The position numbers were made by a program, and so were the translations under genes. Positions 10,026 to 19,716 of a DNA stretch of 64,000 bases are shown one piece after another (positions within the stretch are counted from its first letter, which is position 1; each line of letters opens with the position of its first letter). The stretch is from an uncultured delta proteobacterium (lineage in GTDB: Bacteria; Desulfobacterota; WTBG01; CAIYCZ01), in NCBI GenBank assembly GCA_963803975.1, contig CAWDOY010000054.1:96001-160000 (forward strand), in the 5' to 3' direction. Under the pieces are notes generated by a model. That model saw nothing but the letters and a program-made list of their open reading frames with translations. It had not been told where the DNA came from and ran no database searches.

Positions 10026-11857
10026 ATGTGTGGAATAGTCGGCTACATTGGCAAAAGAAATACCTGCTCAGTCCTCCTGGAAGGGCTCAAACGGCTTGAG
10101 TACCGGGGTTATGACTCAGCCGGGGTGGCAATTTTCAATGACGGTAAAATAGAGGTGCGCCGCTGCCAGGGCAAGCTCTGCAACCTGGAAAGCCTTCTCT
10201 GCAATACCAGCTTTGACGGGGACGCGGGTATCGGGCACACGCGCTGGGCAACCCATGGCCGGCCATCCGAAGAAAATGCCCATCCGCACTTTTATAAGGG
10301 CATAGCGGTGGTGCATAACGGCATCATAGAAAATTACCTGGAGCTGAAAAAGATGCTCCGGGGCGAAGGGCATGAGTTTCAGTCCGAGACCGACAGCGAG
10401 GTGCTGTCACACCTGTTTGCCCGGTTTTTTGCCCAGGGATGCTCATTTGAAGAGTCGGTGCGCAAGGGGCTGGCACTGGTGCGGGGATCATATGCAATCG
10501 CCGTCGTGAACGAGGATGATCCCTCACAGCTCATTGCTGCACGCAATGAAAGCCCTCTGGTGCTCGGGCTGGGGGATGGAGAAAATTTTATCGCCTCTGA
10601 TGTCCCGGCCATCCTGCCCTACACGCGGAAGATGATTTTTCTTGAGGACGGCGATATGGCTGTCGTGAAAAATAGAGCCGTGCAGATAACCGCACTCTCC
10701 GGCGCGGTGGTGCAGCGGGCTCGCCCCGGGTGATTACCTGGGACCCGATCATGGCGGAAAAGGGCGGCTATAAGCACTTCATGCAGAAAGAAATTTTTGA
10801 ACAGCCCCGGGCTATCATCGACACCCTGCGCGGCCGCATTTCTGAGGACACCTGCGATATCTATCTGAACGGGTTTGAAGCGCATGCTGCAGCGCTGAAA
10901 AATATTGAGCGCATCTATTGTGTTGCCTGCGGCACGTCATATTATGCAGGCCTGGTTGGCAAATTCATGCTTGAGGAAATCAGCCGTATTCCGGTTGAGG
11001 TGGATCTGGGATCGGAATTTCGCTATCGTGACCCGCTCGTAGACGAGCGCTCCCTTATCATTCTCATTTCCCAGTCCGGTGAAACCGCAGATACGCTCGC
11101 CGCCATGCGTGAGGGGAAGGGCAAGGGCGCCAAGACACTGGCAATCTGTAACGCGGTGGAGAGCAGTCTGGCGCGCGACTGTGACAGCGTGCTGTACACA
11201 CACGCGGGGCCGGAAATCGGCGTTGCCTCAACCAAGGCCTTTACCAGCCAGGTGACCGCTCTTTTTCTGGTAGCGCTTTTTTTAGGCAAGCTGCGGGGAA
11301 CACTCCCTGATGAGCGGGCCTGCCAGTTAATTCAGGACCTGGTGCGCCTGCCGCGTCTGATGGAAAAAGTGTTAACCCTTGATAGTGAAATAGAAAAGAT
11401 CGCGCAGGTCTATGCTGACACGCACAATTTTCTATATCTCGGCCGCGGGATCAACTATCCGATTGCTCTTGAGGGAGCTCTGAAACTGAAAGAGATCTCC
11501 TATATCCACGCCGAAGGCTACCCTGCCGGCGAAATGAAACACGGCCCCATTGCCTTAATTGATGAGGAAATGCCGGTAGTGGTGGTAGCGCCGAAAGGTG
11601 CCACCTACGAGAAGATCATGAGCAATATTGAGGAAGTAAAAGCCCGCCAGGGCAGAACCATTGCCCTGGCCACCGAAGGAGATGCCGAAATCGGCAAAAA
11701 GGTCAACCACAGCATGTTTGTTCCGGAAACAAACCCGCTTCTCACCCCCATCCTGATGGTCATTCCGCTACAGCTGTTTGCCTACCATGTGGCAGTGATC
11801 AAGGGAACTGATGTAGATCAGCCGAGAAACCTTGCAAAAAGCGTCACCGTAGAGTAA
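10026..11857 (+). CDS. glmS: Glutamine--fructose-6-phosphate aminotransferase, split by one frameshift near 10720-10730
   Basis: [25 protein letters not shown] in ORF 10026-10733; SQSGETADT and [11 protein letters not shown] in ORF 10730-11857. Confidence 0.97.
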
Positions 11858-11863
11858 TATTCC

Positions 11864-11941
11864 GGGACGCTGATTAACGCAGATGGTCCGGAGCGTTTCG
11901 CGGCTCATACCTCTGCAGCAATCAGTGTAAATCCGCGTCCC
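11864..11941. repeat. Inverted nonamer array, ACGCAGATT class
   Basis: GGGACGCTGATTAACGCAGAT ... ATCAGTGTAAATCCGCGTCCC. Confidence 0.8.
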
Positions 11942-11959
11942 CATTTTGAGGAACCTTCT

Positions 11960-13035
11960 ATGTCTTCGTTTACCGGCAACCTGCGCGCAACCACCATCGG
12001 CAGCCTTCCTCTGACCGATGCACAGGAAGCGACCGATCTCGTGTTCAACTACACACCGCTTCTTCCATCCTGGGTACAGCTTCCCAAACATCCCGGGGAG
12101 GGCATGCTTGAGCAGTACAATGAGGGGCTGCCGGGGATAAAAGACGCGGGTGGCCGCATCTACATTGATACTGACGATCCCGGTTTTGAAGAGGCGCTGC
12201 TGCACTTTTACGAGCAGTACCTGGGGGCTGTTGAAGGGCATGCGCATGAAAGCCTGGAGCGCTTTGCCATTTCCCGGAATCGCGCGCGCGGTTTTTTTTC
12301 TTTTATCGAGCGGCTCAGCACCCGCAAACCGGCAGCACTTGACACGGTGAAGGGGCAGATTACCGGGCCCTTTACTCTGGCCACCGGCCTTAAAGACCGC
12401 GAGGGAAAGTATGCCTATTATAATCCCCAGCTGCGGGATGTCATCGTAAAACTCCTGAGCCTTAAGGCAAAATGGCAGATTAAAAAATTGCAGCGCTGCA
12501 ATGTCTCGGTGCTGATGTTCATGGACGAGCCGTCGCTGGTGGGGTTCGGCTCTTCAGCCTACCTGGGAGTGCAGGAAGAGGATATTAAAAAAGACCTGAA
12601 TGAAATTGCGGGCATCATCCACGCGGAGCAGGCGTGGGCAGGTGTGCACTGCTGCGAAAACACCGACTGGTCGCTGCTGCTGAAAAGCGATATTGATGTT
12701 TTAAACTTTGACGCGTACGGGTTTTTTGACCGCTTATTTCTCTATAAGGATGACCTGGTTAATTTTATGAACAGGGGGGAACACTAGCATGGGGAATTGT
12801 CCCCACGCACGCGGAAGAGATTATTCATAGCGTGTCTGCTGCATCCCTTATAGAGCTGTGGAAGCAGCATGTAGAGAAGCTTACCGCAGCCGGCCTTACC
12901 CCGGAAAAGATAGCCCGTCAGTCCCTGGTGACCCCGAGCTGCGGTGCCGGGTCATTATCAAAAGCAGCAGCACTCCGGGTCCTGGAACTGCTGCAGGAGG
13001 TGACTGACAGCTTGCGGCAGGAATTTGGTTTTTAA
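11960..13035 (+). CDS. Core (MesB-like, folate-independent) methionine synthase; frameshift in G-run at ~12775
   Basis: TTIGSLP, W-QLP, KGQITGP, DEP, GVHCC-NTDW, FDAY, then LAWGIVPT and TPSCG in the shifted frame; adding one G restores NRGGTLAWGIVPT. Confidence 0.75.
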
Positions 13036-13090
13036 TGAACCGCTAAAGTCAGCCGGCCTTAAACATCAATTATAAAGAAGCAATACGGAT

Positions 13091-13122
13091 GCACCCGGTC
13101 TCCCGGGTGCTGAGCTTTTTTT
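13091..13122 (+). terminator. Intrinsic terminator
   Basis: GCACCCGG/CCGGGTGC stem followed shortly by T7. Confidence 0.55.
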
Positions 13123-13220
13123 CGCGGCCCTCCGCTCCCCTGCCTTAAAACGGATTCTTCATCTCCTTCCACCATCAGGCACAGGTATCCTCTATGACCG
13201 CCCCGCTGCAGGCGCGCCGT

Positions 13221-13866
13221 TTATTTGACGGTTGCCGGCGTCTCCGGCTGGCAGAAATAGTAGGTGAGAAACACGCTGGATGCGAAATTAGCAACGCTGC
13301 CCACGCAGTTGCGCGCATCAAAGACCAGGGCACAGTCATACAGGACAAAAATAAATGACTCTATCATATCAGTAATCTGCACTATACACTCATCGGGCAG
13401 TGCAGCAGTATCTACCGCCGTGTTTTCATAGGCATCAAAGCTGATGGCCGCCGCCGGCACCCCGACTCCTGCCCGCTGCGGAAGCCGGTCATACAGCAGG
13501 ACGAGCCCCCGCTGCGTCTGATCCTTTACCAGCGCTAAAAATTTTGAGCTGCTTCCCGTGACCATATCTTTACACCGGGCAAACAGGATGTCGCCATCCC
13601 GGTGTGAGAGCAGGACCGTTGTTTTATAGTCTATGGCCAGATTTTTATCTGCCAGAGACTGTATCACGCAGGGGGGAAGCAGCTCCCTCCTGGTGCATTC
13701 CTGTTCCTTTAAGCCGGTTGTAATGTGAATACGCGAGCTGTCCCACGACGGCATGGTCCAAGCCGTCGTTTTCGCCAGCGCCTCACCGGTAAACCCGCAC
13801 ATACAGGTAATCAGTAAACTATAGATCCTGCAAGACACTACTTTCTGCCGTGTGTCGCTTCTTCAT
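13221..13866 (-). CDS. Hypothetical, probably secreted protein
   Basis: 205-aa ORF 13221-13838; the RBS-supported ATG (AGGAGG) at 13866 is out of frame, implying an indel near 13845. Confidence 0.5.
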
Positions 13867-13970
13867 TGTTATTTTCCTCCTTGCTATGGATTCAGGTGCT
13901 CAGTATAACAATTATTACCGTCAATAACAATAACATCGGGGAAACAAAAGAAAAGAAATTTTTAACAGCA

Positions 13971-14172
13971 GCAGGGGGTAGGAACTCGGGATTAGTGGCT
14001 CGTGGCCAGTGACTCGGGGTTAGTGCCCAGTAAAGGCCAAAAGGCAAAGAGGCAAAGAGGTTAAGAGGTTAAAAGGTAAAACCTCTTCATCTTTTTACCA
14101 ATTCTCCTTTTCACTTTTTCATTGCGGTCATGCCTCTTGTTGGTTTTCTATGCCTTAATTTTGGGGATGTCC
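13971..14172 (-). mobile_element. Degenerate copy of MITE family A
   Basis: Reverse complement of 14111-14172 matches 32964-33027 (CCCCAAAATTAAGGCATAGAAAACCAACAA...GGCATGACCG) and 13971-14026 matches 33069-33123; one TIR missing. Confidence 0.8.
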
Positions 14173-14188
14173 GGAGGATTTTTTAGTC

Positions 14189-15359
14189 TGTTAAAACAGT
14201 AGTGGCCGGTTAAAAGTCAAAGCACTTTTGTCTTCACGTAGTTAAACCGATACCGGTCAGCGGGTATCTGGAGAATATGGTTGTCAAAGTGCACACAGTT
14301 GTCGTTGCCGACCGTCCGTTCATACTGCTCACAGAGAATATCCCGCAACTCTGTGCCTATGTAGGGCACAAAAGCCGTTGCCTGTTCCCGTGGTTCACAG
14401 GAAAACTCTGCGTTAAATCCTGAACGATAGCGTTTCCGCAGGTACTGATTAGCCGTTTCCATCGTGGTTATCCCTTCTCGGGCCAACTCTTTGACAAGCC
14501 GATCCTGATGCGTGCGAAACATTCGCTCTGATCTGCCCCGTGCCTCAGGAGAATATGCCGGTATCATACTGACCCCCAGCTGTTTCATGGCTCGCCCAAA
14601 CTGTGTCAGATTGACCTTGTCTACCCGGCCTCCTGCCTCAGGGGTATGCCAGTAGTGACTCCCCCGGTCTGTATATAAAGAACAAAATAATCCCTTTTTT
14701 ACTATCGTTTCCTCTACCCCGGCAAAACTGCTTGCGGTTGATTCCTCCTCTACAAAAAACATGCTGTAATGCTCACTGGTGGCATCATCCATAGTTACAA
14801 TCAAGTCCCACTGCTGCCCTTCCACCCATTCATGCCTGCTCCCGTCCTGATGCAGCATCATCCCGGCCATCGCTGAGCGCTCCCGACGTTTACGATGCGC
14901 CCCCTTGCGCTTTGCCCGAACAATCAGCTGTGCCTCCTGGAGCCGACTCTTTACCCACGTGTAACTGCGGGTGCCCCCCGCGCGCCGATACCAGCTGTGA
15001 AAATGCTGCGCATTCCACCCCTCATACCCTCCCCGGTACTTCTCTGTCAGCGCCATCACTTCATCCACTGCTGCCCGGCGATGGGATACCTGGTTGAGCC
15101 GTTTGTCTAACAGTCCCTCCATTCCCTGTTCTTCATAGCGATCTCTATACCGTCTGAAACTTCGATCGCATATTCCTAATATCCGTGCCGCCTCCTCCTG
15201 ACTTAGTCGCCCTTCCTGCCATCCTGCATAGGCCTCTTTAAATCTCATCTTCCGTATCTCCTGTAGCATTTCTGTCCGTCTCATATGTCACCTCCAAAGG
15301 TGATTTTAAACCGGACAGTTTATGTGCTACAAGACCGGACAGATTATAAGCTCTCTACA
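14189..15359 (-). mobile_element. IS1202-family (ISNCY) insertion sequence, 1171 bp, 17-bp TSD
   Basis: Ends TGT...ACA; perfect direct repeat CGGAGGATTTTTTAGTC at 14172-14188 and 15360-15376; two ACCGGACAG sub-repeats at the upstream end. Confidence 0.9.
14217..15284 (-). CDS. DDE transposase (HTH + integrase core), probably C-terminally truncated
   Basis: HQDGSRH, MDDAT, YTDRGSHY, AYSPEARGRSER motifs. Confidence 0.92.
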   Translation of the reverse strand: MRRTEMLQEIRKMRFKEAYAGWQEGRLSQEEAARILGICDRSFRRYRDRYEEQGMEGLLDKRLNQVSHRRAAVDEVMALTEKYRGGYEGWNAQHFHSWYRRAGGTRSYTWVKSRLQEAQLIVRAKRKGAHRKRRERSAMAGMMLHQDGSRHEWVEGQQWDLIVTMDDATSEHYSMFFVEEESTASSFAGVEETIVKKGLFCSLYTDRGSHYWHTPEAGGRVDKVNLTQFGRAMKQLGVSMIPAYSPEARGRSERMFRTHQDRLVKELAREGITTMETANQYLRKRYRSGFNAEFSCEPREQATAFVPYIGTELRDILCEQYERTVGNDNCVHFDNHILQIPADRYRFNYVKTKVL

Positions 15360-15376
15360 CGGAGGATTTTTTAGTC

Positions 15377-15405
15377 TTGATAAAGCAGATGGATTTTTGT
15401 ATAGT
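15377..15405 (+). promoter_or_regulatory. Sigma70 promoter of kdsA
   Basis: TTGATA-17nt-TATAGT immediately outside the IS target duplication. Confidence 0.65.
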
Positions 15406-15411
15406 CTTATG

Positions 15412-16248
15412 ATGAAGGCAAAAAGACCACGTCAGGTACCAATTGGGAATATCTGCATCGGGGGGGGGAACCCTGTCGTCCTTATAGCCGGCCCCTGTGT
15501 TATCGAAGGATGGAAGCAGACGTACACCGTGGCAAAAGCACTGAAAAAAATTGCCGCTGCTGCTTCAATCCCGCTCATATTTAAAGCATCCTATGACAAG
15601 GCAAACAGAACGTCGCTCCATTCATTCAGGGGGCCGGGACTCAAGCGGGGTCTGGAAATTTTAGCTGAGATCAGGCGGAGCCTTGACCTGCCGGTGCTCT
15701 CCGATGTGCACCGGTTTGAGGAAATTGGCCCTGCTGCAGAGGTCCTGGATGTTCTGCAGATACCCGCTTTTTTGTGCCGGCAGACAGATTTCATTGTGGA
15801 GGTGGCGCGCTCCGGCAAGCCGGTCAATGTAAAAAAAGGTCAGTTTCTCGCACCTGCCGATGTTGTCCGGGTGATAGAAAAAGTGACCAGCACCGGAAAT
15901 ACCAGGCTGCTGATTACTGAACGGGGTACGACCTTCGGTTATCACAACCTGGTTGTTGACATGCGCTCCCTTGTTATTCTGCGGGAAATGGGCTTTCCGG
16001 TAATATTTGATGCGACGCACAGCGTCCAGCTTCCCGGAGGAGCCGGCAGCGCCTCGGGCGGGGAGCGGGAGTTTGTGGCACCTCTGGCGCGGGCAGCAGT
16101 GGCCACGGGGATAGACGCACTATTTCTGGAAGTACATGGGCAGCCTGAAAAAGCGCTCTGTGACGGGCCAAACGCATTAAAGCTTGCAGGGCTTCCCCGG
16201 CTGCTCAAAGAGATAACAGGCATTGACCGGCTCTCGCGATCCTGGTGA
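15412..16248 (+). CDS. kdsA: KDO 8-phosphate synthase
   Basis: IAGPCVIE, KASYDKANRTS, QIPAFLCRQTD, KKGQF, FDATHSVQ; start at 15409 or 15412. Confidence 0.98.
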   Translation: MKAKRPRQVPIGNICIGGGNPVVLIAGPCVIEGWKQTYTVAKALKKIAAAASIPLIFKASYDKANRTSLHSFRGPGLKRGLEILAEIRRSLDLPVLSDVHRFEEIGPAAEVLDVLQIPAFLCRQTDFIVEVARSGKPVNVKKGQFLAPADVVRVIEKVTSTGNTRLLITERGTTFGYHNLVVDMRSLVILREMGFPVIFDATHSVQLPGGAGSASGGEREFVAPLARAAVATGIDALFLEVHGQPEKALCDGPNALKLAGLPRLLKEITGIDRLSRSW

Positions 16249-16304
16249 GGAGCGCATATTTTCCCTGGGGCCGTGAAGTATAGATAACAGGTGATGGAGG
16301 GTTC

Positions 16305-17273
16305 TTGACCGTTCTTGATCAGGCCAAAGATGTTTTTCGCAAAGAAGCCAATGCCATCCTGTCCCTCATTGACCGGGTAAATGAGGATTTCATCAGGGCG
16401 GTCACCCTGCTGCAGTCGTGCACCGGGAAAGTTATTGTCACCGGCATCGGAAAATCAGGCATCATCTCCCAGAAGATTGCTTCAACCCTATCCTGCTCCG
16501 GAACGCCAGCACTGTTCCTCCATCCGGCAGAAGGCATTCATGGCGACATTGGCATGGTGTCAAAAAATGATGTGGTGATCGCTGTTTCCAACAGCGGGGA
16601 GACTGACGAGCTGCTGAAAATACTGCCGGTCATTAAGCGCCTGGGCATTAAACTGATCGTGGTAACGGGCAACCCCGAATCGCTATTGTCAAAAAGCGGC
16701 GATGCCGTGCTTGACCTTGGTGTGCAGGAAGAGGCATGTCCGCTGGGGCTGATCCCCACGACCAGCACTGCCGCAGCTATGGCGATGGGGGATGCGCTGG
16801 CGCTGGCGCTTCTTGAGAGCCGGGGGTTTAAGGAGGAAGATTTTGCCGCCCTGCACCCGGGGGGTGCGCTGGGCCGCAAGCTGCTGCTGCGGGTAGAAGA
16901 CGTGATGCATGTACGGGAGGCGCTGCCGCTGGTTTCCGAGCATGACCCGATGAAGGTGGCGCTCATCGAGATGACCTCCAAGAGGCTTGGTGTCACCGGG
17001 GTTGTTACTGAGCAGGGGGAACTGGCGGGCATTATTACCGACGGCGATCTGCGACGGGGGCTGGAGCGGGAAAAAAACCTGCTCTCGCTGACAGTTCGAG
17101 ACGTTATGACGCGCAACCCCAGGACTATTGAGAAAGAAGCACTTGCAGCGCAGGCACTGCAGATGATGGAGCAGTACTCCATTACGTCGCTTTTTATTGT
17201 TGCCGCGAGCGGGCTGAAAAAACCGGAAGGGATTATTCATCTCCACGACCTTCTCAAAGCAGGCATGGTGTAG
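16305..17273 (+). CDS. kdsD: Arabinose-5-phosphate isomerase (SIS + CBS)
   Basis: GIGKSG, HPAEGIHGDIG, EACPLGLIPTTST, HPGGALG, CBS pair. Confidence 0.97.
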   Translation: MTVLDQAKDVFRKEANAILSLIDRVNEDFIRAVTLLQSCTGKVIVTGIGKSGIISQKIASTLSCSGTPALFLHPAEGIHGDIGMVSKNDVVIAVSNSGETDELLKILPVIKRLGIKLIVVTGNPESLLSKSGDAVLDLGVQEEACPLGLIPTTSTAAAMAMGDALALALLESRGFKEEDFAALHPGGALGRKLLLRVEDVMHVREALPLVSEHDPMKVALIEMTSKRLGVTGVVTEQGELAGIITDGDLRRGLEREKNLLSLTVRDVMTRNPRTIEKEALAAQALQMMEQYSITSLFIVAASGLKKPEGIIHLHDLLKAGMV

Positions 17274-17289
17274 GTTCACCGGAGGCAGG

Positions 17290-17805
17290 ATGGGACGAGA
17301 AAAAGCCCGGGATATCAAGCTGCTCATTCTGGATGTGGACGGGGTATTAACTGACGGGAAGATTGTCTATACTGACCGGGGAGAGGAAGCAAAAGCTTTT
17401 GATGTTAAGGACGGGCACGGGCTGAAGCTTCTCATGAGAGCGGGCATCCCGGTGGCACTCATTACCGGCCGCAGTTCTCCTGCAGTAGAACACCGGGCCC
17501 GGGATCTGGGGATTACCCGGGTTTATCAGAAAGCGATCAATAAAATTGAGGCCTACGAAGAGCTGCGCCGGGCTGAGAATCTCCGTGATGAGGAGATATG
17601 CGTTGTGGGGGATGACCTGCCTGACCTTCCGATCCTGAGAATATGCGGATTTTCTGTTGCCGTTGCCGACAGCGCGGAAGAAGTCAAGAGGGAGGTGGAT
17701 TATGTAACCAACAAGGAGGCAGGAAAGGGTGCAGTCCGGGAAGTATGCGACATTATTCTTAAAGCTCGGGGCCTATGGGGAGCAGTTACTGACCGCTATT
17801 TTTAG
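17290..17805 (+). CDS. kdsC: KDO 8-phosphate phosphatase (HAD)
   Basis: LDVDGVLTDG, FDVKDG, GDDLPD, GAVRE. Confidence 0.96.
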   Translation: MGREKARDIKLLILDVDGVLTDGKIVYTDRGEEAKAFDVKDGHGLKLLMRAGIPVALITGRSSPAVEHRARDLGITRVYQKAINKIEAYEELRRAENLRDEEICVVGDDLPDLPILRICGFSVAVADSAEEVKREVDYVTNKEAGKGAVREVCDIILKARGLWGAVTDRYF

Positions 17806-17827
17806 AGGTATCTCCCCACGCGGCACC

Positions 17828-18394
17828 TATAGAAAAACGCGCAGGCTCCAGATCGCCCTGCTGGGCGTGGCGCTGATAATCATCTTCATCGTGTTAGGGA
17901 CGGCGTTTAAAGAGAAGCGCAAGCCGTTTATTACCAGACCGGAGGAAATCCAGCACCCTCCCGGGGATGCGAACCTTGAAGTAAAGGATGTTTCTTACAG
18001 CTACACCAACAAGGACAATGTCAAGGAATGGGAGCTGCGCGCTGACAAAGCGCAATACTTCAAGGATAAAAGACTGGTCATGCTTGAACATATGGATGTA
18101 ACGTTATACCGGGCGAACGGCGGTGTGTACCACCTGACGGGAAAACAGGGTCAGCTCAATATTGAGACACAGAACATCGTAGTCCAGGGAGACGTGCAGG
18201 GCGTTATGCCGGATAACACCCGCTTCGCCACCAACTCCTTTTCGTACGATAACAATAAACGTATCGTAACCACCAAAGATGCGGTGTTCGTTACCCGCGA
18301 TACGTTCTCTATGGAAGGGGTGGGAATGGTGATAGATATAAAGGAAGAAAAACTAACTTTACTTGATAAGGTGAAGGCTACGGAGAACAGATGA
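17828..18394 (+). CDS. lptC: LPS export periplasmic protein LptC (start uncertain)
   Basis: N-terminal TM, WELRADKA, beta-rich repeats, GVGM; conserved position after kdsC; no clear ATG. Confidence 0.85.
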   Translation, partial: YRKTRRLQIALLGVALIIIFIVLGTAFKEKRKPFITRPEEIQHPPGDANLEVKDVSYSYTNKDNVKEWELRADKAQYFKDKRLVMLEHMDVTLYRANGGVYHLTGKQGQLNIETQNIVVQGDVQGVMPDNTRFATNSFSYDNNKRIVTTKDAVFVTRDTFSMEGVGMVIDIKEEKLTLLDKVKATENR

Positions 18395-19620
18395 GAAACA
18401 TACGCATTAGTGTACTGGTACTGCTTGCTATCCTGTGGCCCCGGCTGCTTATGGCGCAGGAAGATATCACGGTCAGGGTTGCCGTGCTGCCCTTTGAAAT
18501 TTTCAGCATGGAAGAAGCGCCCAACCTGGGCCGGGAGCTCTCCATCCAGCTGTCCCAGCAGATCGCCCTGAACCCGCGCATTTTGACCTGCACCCAGGGA
18601 CTCATAGCCTCGGTCCTCAGCAGCAGGAAGGGGGCTGCTTTAGATCAGGCACAGCTGGCAAAAATGGCGCAGTCCCTTGATGCTCATTTTATTGTGTCCG
18701 GCAGCCTGACCAAAATACAAAATGACATGAGCATGGATGTGCAGCTGTATAATAATTTTGATAAAGAGGCTTATTTTAAGACCTTTGCTGAAGGGACCGG
18801 TCTTGAAGCTCTGGTCAGGGACATAGCGCAAAAACTGGAGCAGGAAATCATGAAAAAGGCCGCGCTCATTCCGCTGTCTCAGCGCATTAAAACAGCTGCG
18901 GCTCCGGCAGCTGAAAAACCCGAGGAGCTGATACCGGAAATGAGAGAGGAGCCCCAAGAAGCAGCACCTGCGATCAAGCCTCCGGAAGAGAAACAGCAGG
19001 AGGCTTCAGTAAAGCCGTCTCCTCCGGTGAAGGAGCAGGAAGCCTCTGAGGAGGAAGCTGCAGAGCAGCCCCCTGCAGGGCGAGAGCCGGAGAAAAAACC
19101 GGAGCCGCCGCCGGCAGCGGAGAAGACCGGGAAGTCCGCCAAACAGAAAGAAGCTGCCAGGGAAAAGCCGGCGGGGCCCTCGTTTGGCGCTACCAGCCTG
19201 CCGGTCAATATTCACGCCGACACCCTGGAGTATGACAATAAACAGAACCAGGTTGCCTTTAAAGGGCATGTGGTTGCCCGCCAGGGCGATATGGTAATTT
19301 TTGCCGACGCCATGAAGGTGGAATATGAGTCAAAGGGAAAGCTTAAGGAGATCCAGGCACAGGGTGGTGTGAAAATTATCCAGGGTGACCGCATTGCCAC
19401 CGGCGACCTTATTACCTTTTACAATGAACAGCAAAAAATCGTCCTCACGGGAAACCCGCGGGTGTGGCAGGGTGATAACGTCATTACCGGGGAAAAAATA
19501 ACGGTCTATATCAAGGAAGAGCGCAGCGTGGTTGAAGGAAGCCAGGCGGGCCGGGTCAGTGCCACGATTGTTCCCAGGAAAAAAGAACAGAAAAACGTTC
19601 CGGAACGGCAGGCCCGATAG
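18391..19620 (+). CDS. lptA: LptA-domain protein with extra N-terminal domain and Pro/Glu/Ala-rich linker
   Basis: C-terminal PVNIHADTLEYD...FKGHVVARQGD...LTGNPRVWQGDN...RVSATI; lies between lptC and lptB. Confidence 0.85.
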   Translation: MRNIRISVLVLLAILWPRLLMAQEDITVRVAVLPFEIFSMEEAPNLGRELSIQLSQQIALNPRILTCTQGLIASVLSSRKGAALDQAQLAKMAQSLDAHFIVSGSLTKIQNDMSMDVQLYNNFDKEAYFKTFAEGTGLEALVRDIAQKLEQEIMKKAALIPLSQRIKTAAAPAAEKPEELIPEMREEPQEAAPAIKPPEEKQQEASVKPSPPVKEQEASEEEAAEQPPAGREPEKKPEPPPAAEKTGKSAKQKEAAREKPAGPSFGATSLPVNIHADTLEYDNKQNQVAFKGHVVARQGDMVIFADAMKVEYESKGKLKEIQAQGGVKIIQGDRIATGDLITFYNEQQKIVLTGNPRVWQGDNVITGEKITVYIKEERSVVEGSQAGRVSATIVPRKKEQKNVPERQAR

Positions 19621-19716
19621 CGCGTGCCCCGCACCTGCGAGAAAAAATTTCTTTCTTCAATTTGAAATGTGCTACACTTATAAATTATTGATTGCATCCT
19701 GACACGAACGGGCACC

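Noticed and set aside
10715..10735. Programmed frameshift or TGA recoding in glmS
   Set aside because: No slippery heptamer, the downstream half is in another frame, and similar indels occur throughout the window.
14150..14200. XerCD (dif-like) target next to the IS1202-family element
   Set aside because: No dif-like 11-6-11 site seen, and xrs-targeting members make short duplications rather than 17 bp.
15322..15408. N-terminal extension of KdsA from the ORF track
   Set aside because: It starts inside the IS end and crosses the promoter. The extensions of alaS (4572), pyrD (26306), manB (34343), bamD (8520) and the HD-GYP gene (39053) were trimmed for similar reasons.
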